NCBI GenBank assembly: GCA_964411115.1
Contig: CAYPJR010000003.1
Span: forward strand, 1 to 37,301
Reading direction: 5' to 3'
From: an uncultured Candidatus Bathyarchaeia archaeon
GTDB lineage: Archaea > Thermoproteota > Bathyarchaeia > Bathyarchaeales > DTEX01
Length of the DNA stretch: 37,301 nucleotides
This document shows, in pieces, positions 1-9,181 of the stretch. Within the stretch, counting starts at the first letter, position 1, and each line of letters begins with the position of its first letter. The position numbers and the translations under genes are program-made. Below the pieces are notes generated by a model. The model was not told the DNA's origin. It was given only the letters and a program-made list of their open reading frames with translations, and made no database searches.

Positions 1-264
1 TTGTTTTTACCTTGTATTTTTATCATGAACTAATCTTTATTTAATCAATTTTTTTAAGAATTTCCCTTAGAACTCAACCTTGGCATATCGCTGTTTTATC
101 GGAAAAGAGGGGAATAAAGCCGGTAATAATCTGAGAACATAATGGGATAGCATCCATATTATGAATGGATTTTTCAGTTTTTCCTTAGCTTTTTCCTCTC
201 CAATAATGATTGTCCCTGAACCCCTAATCTTTTAGATTTAATCCTAACGGTATGCTTCAATCTT

Positions 265-1086
265 TTAAAATCCTGTTTCTTTTCTGATAATTATTTTCTC
301 GCCGACATCAGCGCCTAACAGTTTTAGGGCGCTGCCCTGATTAACCGAAATCTCTAGAAAGCCACCGCTTCCAATTATGGCGAGTAACTCATTTTTTGGA
401 AGGCGCCCGTAAGCCTCACAAAGCCTTAGCCTGAAATTTCTATTCCGTACTTTAACAAGCAATATGTCTCCCTCTGAAATCCCCGCAGAGGCAAGGTTGC
501 TTTGCGCTATGTTGGTAATGAGATTTCCGAAATCATCGATGTAGACCACTTCGCCTTCAATAAGCCCCTCATAAACCCTGGCTTCAGAGAAACTTGGAAT
601 GATGGGGTCAAATATTTCTGGGCCGAAATCCGATATTGGAACGCCTTTAGCTAAGTATGCTGCCGCTGGGCTGAATATGTCGCGTCCATGAAATGTCCTC
701 GATACTTTGCTAAGTATATACTTTGGATTAGAGATAACATGAATATGCTTAATTCCATCCATTTTAGATGAGGGTATTAAGAGCCCATTATCCGGTCCAA
801 CATAGAAGCCTCTTTCAGTCTCAATTATTATCGGCCGCCTCTCAGTGCCAACCCCGGGGTCAACAACAGCTAAGTGAATCGTTCCCTTTGGGAAGAAGCG
901 GGAGGCTCGAAGAAGAATGTAGGAGCCCATTTTAACATCAAATTTTCTAACATTATGGCTTATGTCAACTATGCATGCTTCCGGGCATATTGAAAGTATA
1001 ACCGCCTTCATTTCAGAAACGTAAGAATCCACTAAACCGAAGTCTGAAAGCAACGTGATTATCCGGTGTCTCCGCACAGGAATCAC
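265..1086 (-). CDS. SAM hydroxide adenosyltransferase / SAM hydrolase (DUF62, halogenase-related)
   Basis: Motifs ITLLSDFG, VVDPGVGTERR, GPDNG, TFHGRD, YIDDFGN, EISVNQG. The Asp-Arg-His residues typical of DUF62 hydrolases are present. Confidence 0.92.
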   Translation of the reverse strand: MIPVRRHRIITLLSDFGLVDSYVSEMKAVILSICPEACIVDISHNVRKFDVKMGSYILLRASRFFPKGTIHLAVVDPGVGTERRPIIIETERGFYVGPDNGLLIPSSKMDGIKHIHVISNPKYILSKVSRTFHGRDIFSPAAAYLAKGVPISDFGPEIFDPIIPSFSEARVYEGLIEGEVVYIDDFGNLITNIAQSNLASAGISEGDILLVKVRNRNFRLRLCEAYGRLPKNELLAIIGSGGFLEISVNQGSALKLLGADVGEKIIIRKETGF

Positions 1087-1129
1087 CTAAAATAAATCTG
1101 TAGGTTGTTAGAACTATCTTAAATGGTTG

Positions 1130-2308
1130 TCACCACATATCCATAACGATTCTACGCGCGTCATCCTCAGATATGGGCCTTGAGTTTTTCTCTATTAGAC
1201 GTGTAAACGTAAGAACTTTACTGGCAATTTTCGCAAGGTCGTTTTCTGAAACCCCTATCTCCCTTAACCTTTTAGGCGCGTTCAATTCATCTAGGAGCCT
1301 CATGATCCTATTAAAAATGAATATTTCCAGATCATCCGGGCTACTTATCTTTTCCCTATAGTTGACATCTATTTTTTCAGCTATTTGTGGAAGCTTGTGT
1401 CGTATTGCTGGAGCATTAAATTTGAAGGCGTAGGGTAGGGAAAGCCCGCATGAGAGTCCATGTGGAACCCCCAATTTTACGGAGAAGGAGTAAGCGAGAG
1501 CATGTCCCAAGCAGACCCATGAATTTATAAAAGCCATACCGGCCATTAAAGCGCCTAAGCTCATACTGAATCTGCTTTCCTCATCGCCGCTTACGTAAGC
1601 CCTAGGCAGATACTTGAATATGATTCCGATCGATTGAAGGGCCAGTGCGTCAGTTATTGGATTGGCGTTAACCGCCATTAAAGCCTCAAATGCATGGCTT
1701 AAAGCATCCAAACCCGTTGAGGCTGTTACTCTAGGAGGCATAGAATAGGTTAGCCTAGGGTCGATTATAGATACGTCGCTAAACAAGTATGGGCTTATTA
1801 TAGCCGATTTGGCTTCTTCATCCAGCAATGTTATTACGGCCACATGGGTAACCTCCGACCCTGTTCCGGCAGTTGTTGGCATAAGAATCTTCGGCAGCCC
1901 AGGTTTCTCCACAAGGTTCACGCCGAGATACTGCCTCATAGATTTCTTGTTTGTCGCCGCTATAGATGCCACTTTAGCCATGTCTAGGACGCTGCCCCCG
2001 CCAACCCCAACTATTAAATCGTATCCTCCCCCTCTAGCTTTTTCGGCAACTTTCTCGGCGACTTCCAGACTTGGCTCCGATCTGATGTCGCTAAAAAAGT
2101 CTATGCTTAAGCCTTCGCTAAGAAGATTTTCCTCCACATTTTTCATTAGATCGCTAGATCTCAAGTTATCATCGGTGATTAGTAAAGCTCTATTCCCCCC
2201 TAAAGCTTTAGCCTCCAAACCAACCGTGCTTGAGGAACCCGTACCGAAAATGATCTTTTTAGGTAGCTGAAAGCTGTAGATTTTTCCCATAAATACGCTT
2301 AAATTCAT
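1130..2308 (-). CDS. iron-containing alcohol dehydrogenase family protein
   Basis: GGGSVLD, PTTAGTGSEVT, LDALSHA, GHALAY and PHG motifs. Confidence 0.92.
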   Translation of the reverse strand: MNLSVFMGKIYSFQLPKKIIFGTGSSSTVGLEAKALGGNRALLITDDNLRSSDLMKNVEENLLSEGLSIDFFSDIRSEPSLEVAEKVAEKARGGGYDLIVGVGGGSVLDMAKVASIAATNKKSMRQYLGVNLVEKPGLPKILMPTTAGTGSEVTHVAVITLLDEEAKSAIISPYLFSDVSIIDPRLTYSMPPRVTASTGLDALSHAFEALMAVNANPITDALALQSIGIIFKYLPRAYVSGDEESRFSMSLGALMAGMAFINSWVCLGHALAYSFSVKLGVPHGLSCGLSLPYAFKFNAPAIRHKLPQIAEKIDVNYREKISSPDDLEIFIFNRIMRLLDELNAPKRLREIGVSENDLAKIASKVLTFTRLIEKNSRPISEDDARRIVMDMW

Positions 2309-2381
2309 AAGTTTTCACCCAACAATCATATTTGTAACCTTTAAAATAAAAATGATTTCGCATGTTTTTGGCATAGCCGCG

Positions 2382-4064
2382 CTATGGAGGCAATTTTTCC
2401 TCCCCATCAATTTTAATATCTAAAACTACGGTTTCTCCCTTTCTAACATTCCTCAATCCATCTTCAAGAGCCGGCTTAAATTGCTGCGGCTTATCTACGC
2501 TGATACCTACGCATCCAAATGCTTCAGCTATGTCCGCAAAACTTGGGTTCTTTAAGCTAACAGAGATTAGCCTTCCGCCATAAATGCTTTCTTGATGATG
2601 CTTTATTGTTCCTAATGCGCCATCATTAAATATGCATATTAGCACAGGAGTTCCCTCCTGAACTGCTGTTGAGAGCTCATGCATGCTCATGTAAAAGCCG
2701 CCGTCACCACATATAGCCACGACGCGTCTATCCTCCCCGCTAATTGCAAGTCTGCAGGCTATAGCTGCCGGTAATGCGTATCCCATCGGGCCGAAGCATC
2801 CTGATTGTATCCATGTATATGGCTCATAGATTTCTAAGAATGTTGAAGCCCAAAGCTTATTGTTTCCAGCATCCAAGGTGAAAACGGTTTTTCTATCGCA
2901 TGATCTGCGAATTTCAGCGCAAACTCTCTGAGGCTTCAAAGGAGATTCCTCAGAAAATGTTTTTCTATACCACTCGGATCTCCGCCAATCCTCCTTTGCA
3001 GTCTCTATGAATTTAAGCCATTCTTTTCGCAGATTCTTCCCAAGATCTTGAAGGCTTTTCGCCCTTTCAACAATCTCTGCTAAAATCTTTCCCGCATCGC
3101 CGACAATGCCCACTTCAACCGGGTAGTTTCTGCCAATAACCATCGGATCCACATCGATATGGATCAATAGCGCATTAGGATTTACATTAGTCCACCACCT
3201 AGTGCTTAAGGCTGCAAACCTGCATCCAACAGCCAATATGAGATCAGCCTCGGCAAGGATCCTATCGTTGAAGTACGGCGCGTGAGCACCGATTCTGCCA
3301 ACCGATAGCGGATGATCCTCGGGAAATGATCCTCTGCCGTTAAAGGTTGTGGCCACCGGAATCTCTAAATATTCAGCTAAATCCCTAAGCTCGCTATGCG
3401 CCCTGCTGGAATAATGTACGCCTCCGCCGGCTATTATGATTGGTTTTGAAGCTTTAACTATAAGGTTTAGGGCTAAATCTATAGCCTTTGGGTCGCCGCA
3501 TGATTTAGGCGGAGAGAGAACCTGAAGCGTTTCCTTTGAAAGCGCTTCATCGTCGTATTCTACAGTCTGAATTTGAATATCATGGGGCAGATCGATATGT
3601 GCAGGTCCAGGTCTGCCCCATGTGGCAGCTTTAAAAGCCTCCTTTAAAGTTTCAACTGTTTTCTCCGGCTTTATTAGACGTGTTGACCATTTTGTTATTG
3701 GCGTGAACAGGGCTACATGGTCAAGCTCTTGGAAAGCGCCCCTTCCTAAATAATCTATAGGTTGCTGTCCAGTAAAAATAATGATCGGGCTGCTGTCAGT
3801 CCACGCAGTCGCCACGCCAGTTAATAGGTTCGTAGCTCCCGGACCTCCTGTTCCATCGCATATTCCAGGTTTACCTGTGAACTTTGCGTAGGCGTCCGCC
3901 ATATAGGATGCTGATTGCTCATGTCTAACAAGTATATGCCTAATAGATGAAGAGTAAAGGCTGTCATATAATGGACATGTTTGGGAGCCCGGTATGCCGA
4001 AAACAAGTTTCACATTTATCTTCTCCAGAAATTTAATTATTAAATCGGACACTTTCAAATTCAT
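2382..4064 (-). CDS. thiamine-diphosphate-dependent enzyme, acetolactate synthase large subunit-like
   Basis: FGIPG, RHEQ (catalytic Glu), GPGATN, AFQE, GPMGYALP and GDGG..ND ThDP motif. Start is either ATG 4064 or upstream at 4082. Confidence 0.88.
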   Translation of the reverse strand: MNLKVSDLIIKFLEKINVKLVFGIPGSQTCPLYDSLYSSSIRHILVRHEQSASYMADAYAKFTGKPGICDGTGGPGATNLLTGVATAWTDSSPIIIFTGQQPIDYLGRGAFQELDHVALFTPITKWSTRLIKPEKTVETLKEAFKAATWGRPGPAHIDLPHDIQIQTVEYDDEALSKETLQVLSPPKSCGDPKAIDLALNLIVKASKPIIIAGGGVHYSSRAHSELRDLAEYLEIPVATTFNGRGSFPEDHPLSVGRIGAHAPYFNDRILAEADLILAVGCRFAALSTRWWTNVNPNALLIHIDVDPMVIGRNYPVEVGIVGDAGKILAEIVERAKSLQDLGKNLRKEWLKFIETAKEDWRRSEWYRKTFSEESPLKPQRVCAEIRRSCDRKTVFTLDAGNNKLWASTFLEIYEPYTWIQSGCFGPMGYALPAAIACRLAISGEDRRVVAICGDGGFYMSMHELSTAVQEGTPVLICIFNDGALGTIKHHQESIYGGRLISVSLKNPSFADIAEAFGCVGISVDKPQQFKPALEDGLRNVRKGETVVLDIKIDGEEKLPP

Positions 4065-4192
4065 GATCTCCCGAACCACCAATGAATAATTTTTTGGATC
4101 AAATCAAAAATTTATTGTTCATCATTAGGAAAAGTTAAAATCCATCGGTTAACCTTCTAATACTAGGCATCGAAAATAGGGCAACCAGTGTT

Positions 4193-4564
4193 ATGGAAAG
4201 CGAAAAATACAGAAAGTTCCTCGAGATAGAGTCGAAGAAAGCCCCCTTAGAGAAGAAGCAATCCGATATGAGGGAGCGCTTCTGGATCTCTTGGGGGGAG
4301 AGCGTGGATAGAGCTCCGATTGAGAAGGGGACATCTGACATAATTGACTCGTTATATTTTGGCAATGACCCTTCGAGGACCGTTGTGATTGACCGTAAAG
4401 TTGCAAAGATCCTTCAGGAGCGCCTAAGAGGGTTGGAGGAGGAGAACATGAGGCTTCATAAACGCGTAAGGCTGATGAGGCTAATAATGTATGCTCTTAT
4501 ATTGATAATTTTTCTCATGGCTATAGCCATCGTTCAAGCCGAACCTTTAATGATGCCCCTATAG
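4193..4564 (+). CDS. small coiled-coil protein with C-terminal transmembrane anchor
   Basis: 123-aa ORF with heptad-like LQERLRGLEEENMRL followed by a ~20-residue hydrophobic helix. It ends 10 bp before the MoxR gene, whose RBS overlaps its stop. Confidence 0.7.
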   Translation: MESEKYRKFLEIESKKAPLEKKQSDMRERFWISWGESVDRAPIEKGTSDIIDSLYFGNDPSRTVVIDRKVAKILQERLRGLEEENMRLHKRVRLMRLIMYALILIIFLMAIAIVQAEPLMMPL

Positions 4565-4574
4565 GGGGATTAAT

Positions 4575-5804
4575 ATGCTGCAAAATAAGGTAATGGATTT
4601 AGAGAAGGAAATAATGGCTCGTTTCGTTGGGAACGAAGAAGCCATCAGAATGATAGTGCTAAATCAGCTGCATCCACGTTCAGCAACGCTTATACGTGCA
4701 CCACGCGGCGTTGGCAAATCAACGCTTATGCTTCTGTTACTTAAGGGCATAGCGGGCGACGATTTCGTTGTCATATCCGGAGCCTCCGAGGTTAAGAGAG
4801 GCGAGGTTGTCGGCAGACTGCATATTCCATCTCTTGAGAAAGAGGGTGTTGAACGGGTCTTATGGGCTGCATTCACTAGGAGCAGAGGGAAAGGTATTGA
4901 TGAACTTAACAGGCTGAACCCCTACACGACAGCTAACATACATCATTTAATGCAGTTCGGTGAAGTTTGGGCTTATGGACAGCAATCGAAGGTTGAGGAT
5001 TACATATTAATCGCAAATGAAAACCCATCAGACGCAACGTCATTTGTTCATCCGCCGCCATTCTATGACAGATTCGATATATGCGTCTTCCTCAGAACAT
5101 TAACTTTAAGCGAAAAATTTCAACTCCAAGAATTATTAGATAGATATGAAGGGAACCTTATTGAATCTATGCCGCAGGTGCTCTCATTCGAGGATCTTCA
5201 GGAGGTTAGAAGAGAGGTTGCGGAGGTAGAGCTGGATCCAGACTTAATCGGATACATCAATCTGCTAGTTAGAGATTTTCAATCATGCATACGTGGAAAA
5301 GAAAGCTCGGAGGTTAAACCGCCAACACTATGTGAGGGATGCCACTTTATACGCGACGTATGCGGGATGATAAAGGAGCCGGTGAGCGAGAGAGCCACAG
5401 TAGTGTTAACGCACCTAGCTAAGGCGGTAAAATGGCTCTATGGAAAATGCAGCATAGATGACATCTTCCAAATGGCCCTATGGATTTTTCCGCATAGACT
5501 AAACCTGATCAGAATGAGGAATATCCTAAGCGATATACAGGAACTGCTTGAAAGGGAAAGGGTCAAGATGGAAGATAGACGGTTGAGAAGGCAATGGACG
5601 TTGCTAAATGAACTCATAAAGGGCTTTAATCCATCAATATATAGGCTTGCGAGGGACGCAGCCGTTGAAGATGTAACATTCGCTGAGGAACTGATTAAAA
5701 TGGAGGAAAAATGGATCGGCGAGGGACTTATGAAGCGCGGAGAAGACATATCGACGCAGATGGGTTGGCGGCTGCAAGGATACAACTACTGGAGATCAAG
5801 GTAA
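4575..5804 (+). CDS. MoxR-like AAA+ ATPase with 4-Cys insertion
   Basis: Walker A APRGVGKST, Walker B IDELNR, sensor ANENP, Arg-finger FYDRF, SER sensor-II region, C-x14-C-x2-C-x6-C. Confidence 0.85.
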   Translation: MLQNKVMDLEKEIMARFVGNEEAIRMIVLNQLHPRSATLIRAPRGVGKSTLMLLLLKGIAGDDFVVISGASEVKRGEVVGRLHIPSLEKEGVERVLWAAFTRSRGKGIDELNRLNPYTTANIHHLMQFGEVWAYGQQSKVEDYILIANENPSDATSFVHPPPFYDRFDICVFLRTLTLSEKFQLQELLDRYEGNLIESMPQVLSFEDLQEVRREVAEVELDPDLIGYINLLVRDFQSCIRGKESSEVKPPTLCEGCHFIRDVCGMIKEPVSERATVVLTHLAKAVKWLYGKCSIDDIFQMALWIFPHRLNLIRMRNILSDIQELLERERVKMEDRRLRRQWTLLNELIKGFNPSIYRLARDAAVEDVTFAEELIKMEEKWIGEGLMKRGEDISTQMGWRLQGYNYWRSR

Positions 5805-7592
5805 ATGTCAGTTCAAATGGAGGAGATAATTAAAACTTTTAATCAAGCATGGATGGAGCTGCATTGTCCACCGGTTACACTTAAGATTGAAGATGAAAAA
5901 CATGGAAGAGGCTTCGAAAATCATGCGGCTTTCTCCGCCGTAAACGGTGAAGTTCGACTCGGGTCAAAGGTTATACCTAGGGGCTGCGATCCACAGAAGT
6001 ATCTGCTATGGTTTTTCCGTCATGAGCTTGCTCATGTGCATCATTGCCCCTACGATCTTAGAACCGCCTACAGTCTAGAGAAAGCGGCTCATGATATCTT
6101 GGGAGACTGGGATCTTGCTTACTTAGCAACACATTTATTTGCGGATCTGCAGGTTAACATAAATTATCTTCCAAGGAGATTCGGCGAAATCCCATATTTT
6201 ATGCAGGTTCTAAAGGGCAGGCGCCTATCGCTTTTGGAGCAGCTGCTTCAAGAAGTATATTTTCTCATAAATCCGATTTCTAAGTCAAGTGACAGAACGC
6301 TTGAGAACATCGCAAAGGAGATTCTTGCAGTTATGCTGCTTGATAAGCCGTGGCATTCAAAGGTTCAAATATTGGCAATAATTCTCAACAAGATGAGGAC
6401 GTTTTACCCTAATCTCCTATCCGATAGAAGGGTTGAGAAGCATATCCGGAGAAGCGTTCTCAGGGTGAGGGAGGATTTTCTTCCGGACTCGCTGAAAATG
6501 TTTGAGGAAATTTTCGGAAGGATCTCCGACGCTTCAGATGCGAAGGAATTTTTTAAACAGTGGATTGAACCCCGATTGCCGCTGGAAGAGAAGGAAAAAA
6601 TGAGGAGGGCTATTGAAGAGAAGGCGAGGATACTGAAGAGAAAGGCCGAAGAGGGCAGGGAAAAATCTGAGCAAACTGAGGGAAGAAAGGCGCATGATGG
6701 AGAAGAGGGTAAAGGCGGTAAAGGTTTTCCTGAAAAACCTCTTCATGAGGGTTTAGAGGAGCCGCTTTTACCAACATCGCTCTCAAAACCTTACGAGAAA
6801 ATTGATTCCCGCATCTTTAATGAGGCTTTCTGGAAAAGATACTGGTATAGGTCTAGGGCTGAAAGGATAATTATGCATTACTTGTCGGAAAACCCCTCTA
6901 AGAAACCTGTTTGGGCGGTTGTTAAATATCCCGATGACTGGTATATTGAGGATGAAATCGAGGACTTAGATATAGACGTGAGCCTCGACGAAGGTCCATT
7001 AATACCGGAAGTTACAACGTTAAAATGGGTTGAGGAGCCAACCTTCCGAGGCCAGTCCTTAGTCACCGGATTTGTTCCATCGGAAATCACAATTTTGGAT
7101 GCAAGCCTCAGCATGTCAAAGATACATGATGATGCAGCCGTAGCCGCTTTTATAGCATATCTTAGTGCGCGTAAAGCCGGAGGGGAAACCTCGGCAATAA
7201 CATTCTCAACGAAGTATTTCTCAGCAGATTGGGATTCACCGGACGACCTTAAGGAAATAGCCCTTTCAATGAGCTTTAATGAATACACCGTTTTTCCAGC
7301 ATATGAAGTTAGTAGGCTGATTTCCAGCAAACCCGGAAGCTGCTTCATTATAGTGATAACCGATGGAGGATGGCAAAACATTGATGAGGCCATACCTATA
7401 TTGGAGAGAATCGCCGATTTCGGACATAAAATAGCTATATTCCTCCTTCCTGGAGGGGAATATCCGGAAAAAATTAATATCCTGAGGAGAAATCCATACT
7501 TAAGAATTTACAATATTGATAATCCCGAGACTGATCTTCAAGGCCTGGTTCTTTCAGAAACAATTAAAACGTACAGAACTTTTCTACCATAG
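5805..7592 (+). CDS. HExxH metallopeptidase-like domain fused to C-terminal vWA (MIDAS) domain
   Basis: RHELAH followed by ADLQVN, a charged low-complexity linker, then LDASLSM (DxSxS), AITFS and VITDG. Abuts the MoxR stop (TAAATG). Confidence 0.8.
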   Translation: MSVQMEEIIKTFNQAWMELHCPPVTLKIEDEKHGRGFENHAAFSAVNGEVRLGSKVIPRGCDPQKYLLWFFRHELAHVHHCPYDLRTAYSLEKAAHDILGDWDLAYLATHLFADLQVNINYLPRRFGEIPYFMQVLKGRRLSLLEQLLQEVYFLINPISKSSDRTLENIAKEILAVMLLDKPWHSKVQILAIILNKMRTFYPNLLSDRRVEKHIRRSVLRVREDFLPDSLKMFEEIFGRISDASDAKEFFKQWIEPRLPLEEKEKMRRAIEEKARILKRKAEEGREKSEQTEGRKAHDGEEGKGGKGFPEKPLHEGLEEPLLPTSLSKPYEKIDSRIFNEAFWKRYWYRSRAERIIMHYLSENPSKKPVWAVVKYPDDWYIEDEIEDLDIDVSLDEGPLIPEVTTLKWVEEPTFRGQSLVTGFVPSEITILDASLSMSKIHDDAAVAAFIAYLSARKAGGETSAITFSTKYFSADWDSPDDLKEIALSMSFNEYTVFPAYEVSRLISSKPGSCFIIVITDGGWQNIDEAIPILERIADFGHKIAIFLLPGGEYPEKINILRRNPYLRIYNIDNPETDLQGLVLSETIKTYRTFLP

Positions 7593-7663
7593 ATTCTGAG
7601 CGATTTTCCAGCCGTTAACTTATTTATTCTGCCTTATGCAGATAAGAAATAGGGTAATAACAT

Positions 7664-8656
7664 TTGAGGACGCTTAAAGATCTCGGCGAGAGAAAAGCTA
7701 TAGAGATTATTCTGGAGCTTTTAGATTCAATGCCAAATATGCCAATCCCTTTCGGAGATGACGTTTCAGCAATTCAAATTGACGAGAAACTGATTATTGT
7801 AAAGGTGGATATGCTTGTTGGCAAAACCGATGTGCCTCCGGGCATGAGCTTGAGGCAGGCGGCTAGGAAAGCCATAGTTATGAATATAAGCGATTTCGCA
7901 GCTAAAGGCGCAAAACCCGTCGCTGCTTTAGTCTCCCTTGGTTTACCAAGCGATTTCACCGAGGAAGAGGTTAGGCAGATAGGTTTAGGGCTGAATGATG
8001 GCGCTAGGGAATATGAAATTTACGTGATAGGCGGAGACACGAATGAATCCTCAGACCTAATTATAGACTGCGCTCTCATAGGGTTCTGCAAAAAGGGGAG
8101 CCTCATGAGGCGCAGCGGAGCTAGGCCAGGTGACATAGTTGCGGTGACAGGATATTTTGGGAGGACATCTTCCGGACTTAAGATTCTACTGAATGGTTTA
8201 TCCCCACCTGAGGAGTTAAGGCAGCCCCTGGTGGAGTCGGTTCTCATGCCTAAGGCTCGGCTCAGGGAGGGTTTGGCTTTGGCGGAGATTGGCGCCGTAA
8301 CTTCCTCGATAGATTCTAGCGATGGGTTAGCGTGGAGCCTTCATGAGCTCTCGAAGGCGAGCCGCGTCGGCTTCATGATCGAGAATGTTCCAGTGGCGCC
8401 GGAGGTTCAAGTCTTCGCTGAGAAGTATGCTTTGGATCCGGTAGATCTAAGCCTTTACGGTGGAGAAGAATATGAGCTTGTTGTAACTGTTAAGCCGGAG
8501 CTTTGGGATAGGGCAAGGGAGGTTTTAAGCGGATTCAAAACGCCGCTAATAAGAATAGGCAAGGTTATTGAGGAGGAGGAAATTAAAGTTAGGATTAATG
8601 GGGAGACAAAGGTTGTTGAGGGTAGGGGTTGGGAGCATTTTAGGAGCGTGGCTTAA
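7664..8656 (+). CDS. thiL: thiamine-monophosphate kinase
   Basis: GE..I, FGDD, NISDFAAKGA, GGDT, RSGARPGD, DSSDGL, GGEEYEL, GWEHF. Confidence 0.95.
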   Translation: MRTLKDLGERKAIEIILELLDSMPNMPIPFGDDVSAIQIDEKLIIVKVDMLVGKTDVPPGMSLRQAARKAIVMNISDFAAKGAKPVAALVSLGLPSDFTEEEVRQIGLGLNDGAREYEIYVIGGDTNESSDLIIDCALIGFCKKGSLMRRSGARPGDIVAVTGYFGRTSSGLKILLNGLSPPEELRQPLVESVLMPKARLREGLALAEIGAVTSSIDSSDGLAWSLHELSKASRVGFMIENVPVAPEVQVFAEKYALDPVDLSLYGGEEYELVVTVKPELWDRAREVLSGFKTPLIRIGKVIEEEEIKVRINGETKVVEGRGWEHFRSVA

Positions 8657-8678
8657 AAATGTTAAAATGGGTTGCCCG

Positions 8679-9155
8679 CTAAACTTTGTATGCAGATATT
8701 TTCCTGTCCGATTTAGCCGCCTTTTGAAGCCTTATTTGGAGAACCCCTTTGACGTATGATTTCTCCTTCAATTTCGCCTCCTTCGGTATCTGCAGCCTCT
8801 GTATAAGTTTTCCATCACCCTTTATCTCGAGGTTTTCTCCGGAAACCTTCACTTCAACATCATTAAACCGTCCCGGCATCCTTACTAAAATAGTTATGCC
8901 CTCCTCGTCCTCAAATAGGTCGTAAAACAATTCATGTCCGCTTGGCGGATGAGGCTTCTTACTCTCCTTAAAGATTTTGTTTATTTCTATTAGCCAGTAA
9001 ATTAGAACTGCAACTACGATTGCCCCAACGATTATGCCTTGCACTCCACCCTTCAATTTGAAGAGCAATATTACTAGCGAAGCCAGCGCTGAAGCGCTTA
9101 GCAATAGAAGTATGCTCCTGAAAAGATCGTTAGTTTCTTTTTCATTCCGCCTCAT
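8679..9155 (-). CDS. membrane-anchored Hsp20/alpha-crystallin-like protein
   Basis: Two N-terminal TM helices, then YDLFEDEEGITILVRMPG...YVKGVLQIRL, resembling the alpha-crystallin core. Confidence 0.7.
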   Translation of the reverse strand: MRRNEKETNDLFRSILLLLSASALASLVILLFKLKGGVQGIIVGAIVVAVLIYWLIEINKIFKESKKPHPPSGHELFYDLFEDEEGITILVRMPGRFNDVEVKVSGENLEIKGDGKLIQRLQIPKEAKLKEKSYVKGVLQIRLQKAAKSDRKISAYKV

Positions 9156-9181
9156 TAAGCGGCACTTCCCATTATTTTCAA

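Noticed and set aside
67-230. Short minus-strand open frame (IIGEEKAKEKLKNPF...)
   Set aside because: No clear start and no recognisable similarity
265-1086. Possible fluorinase/chlorinase
   Set aside because: Retains the Asp/Arg/His signature of the common DUF62 SAM hydrolases
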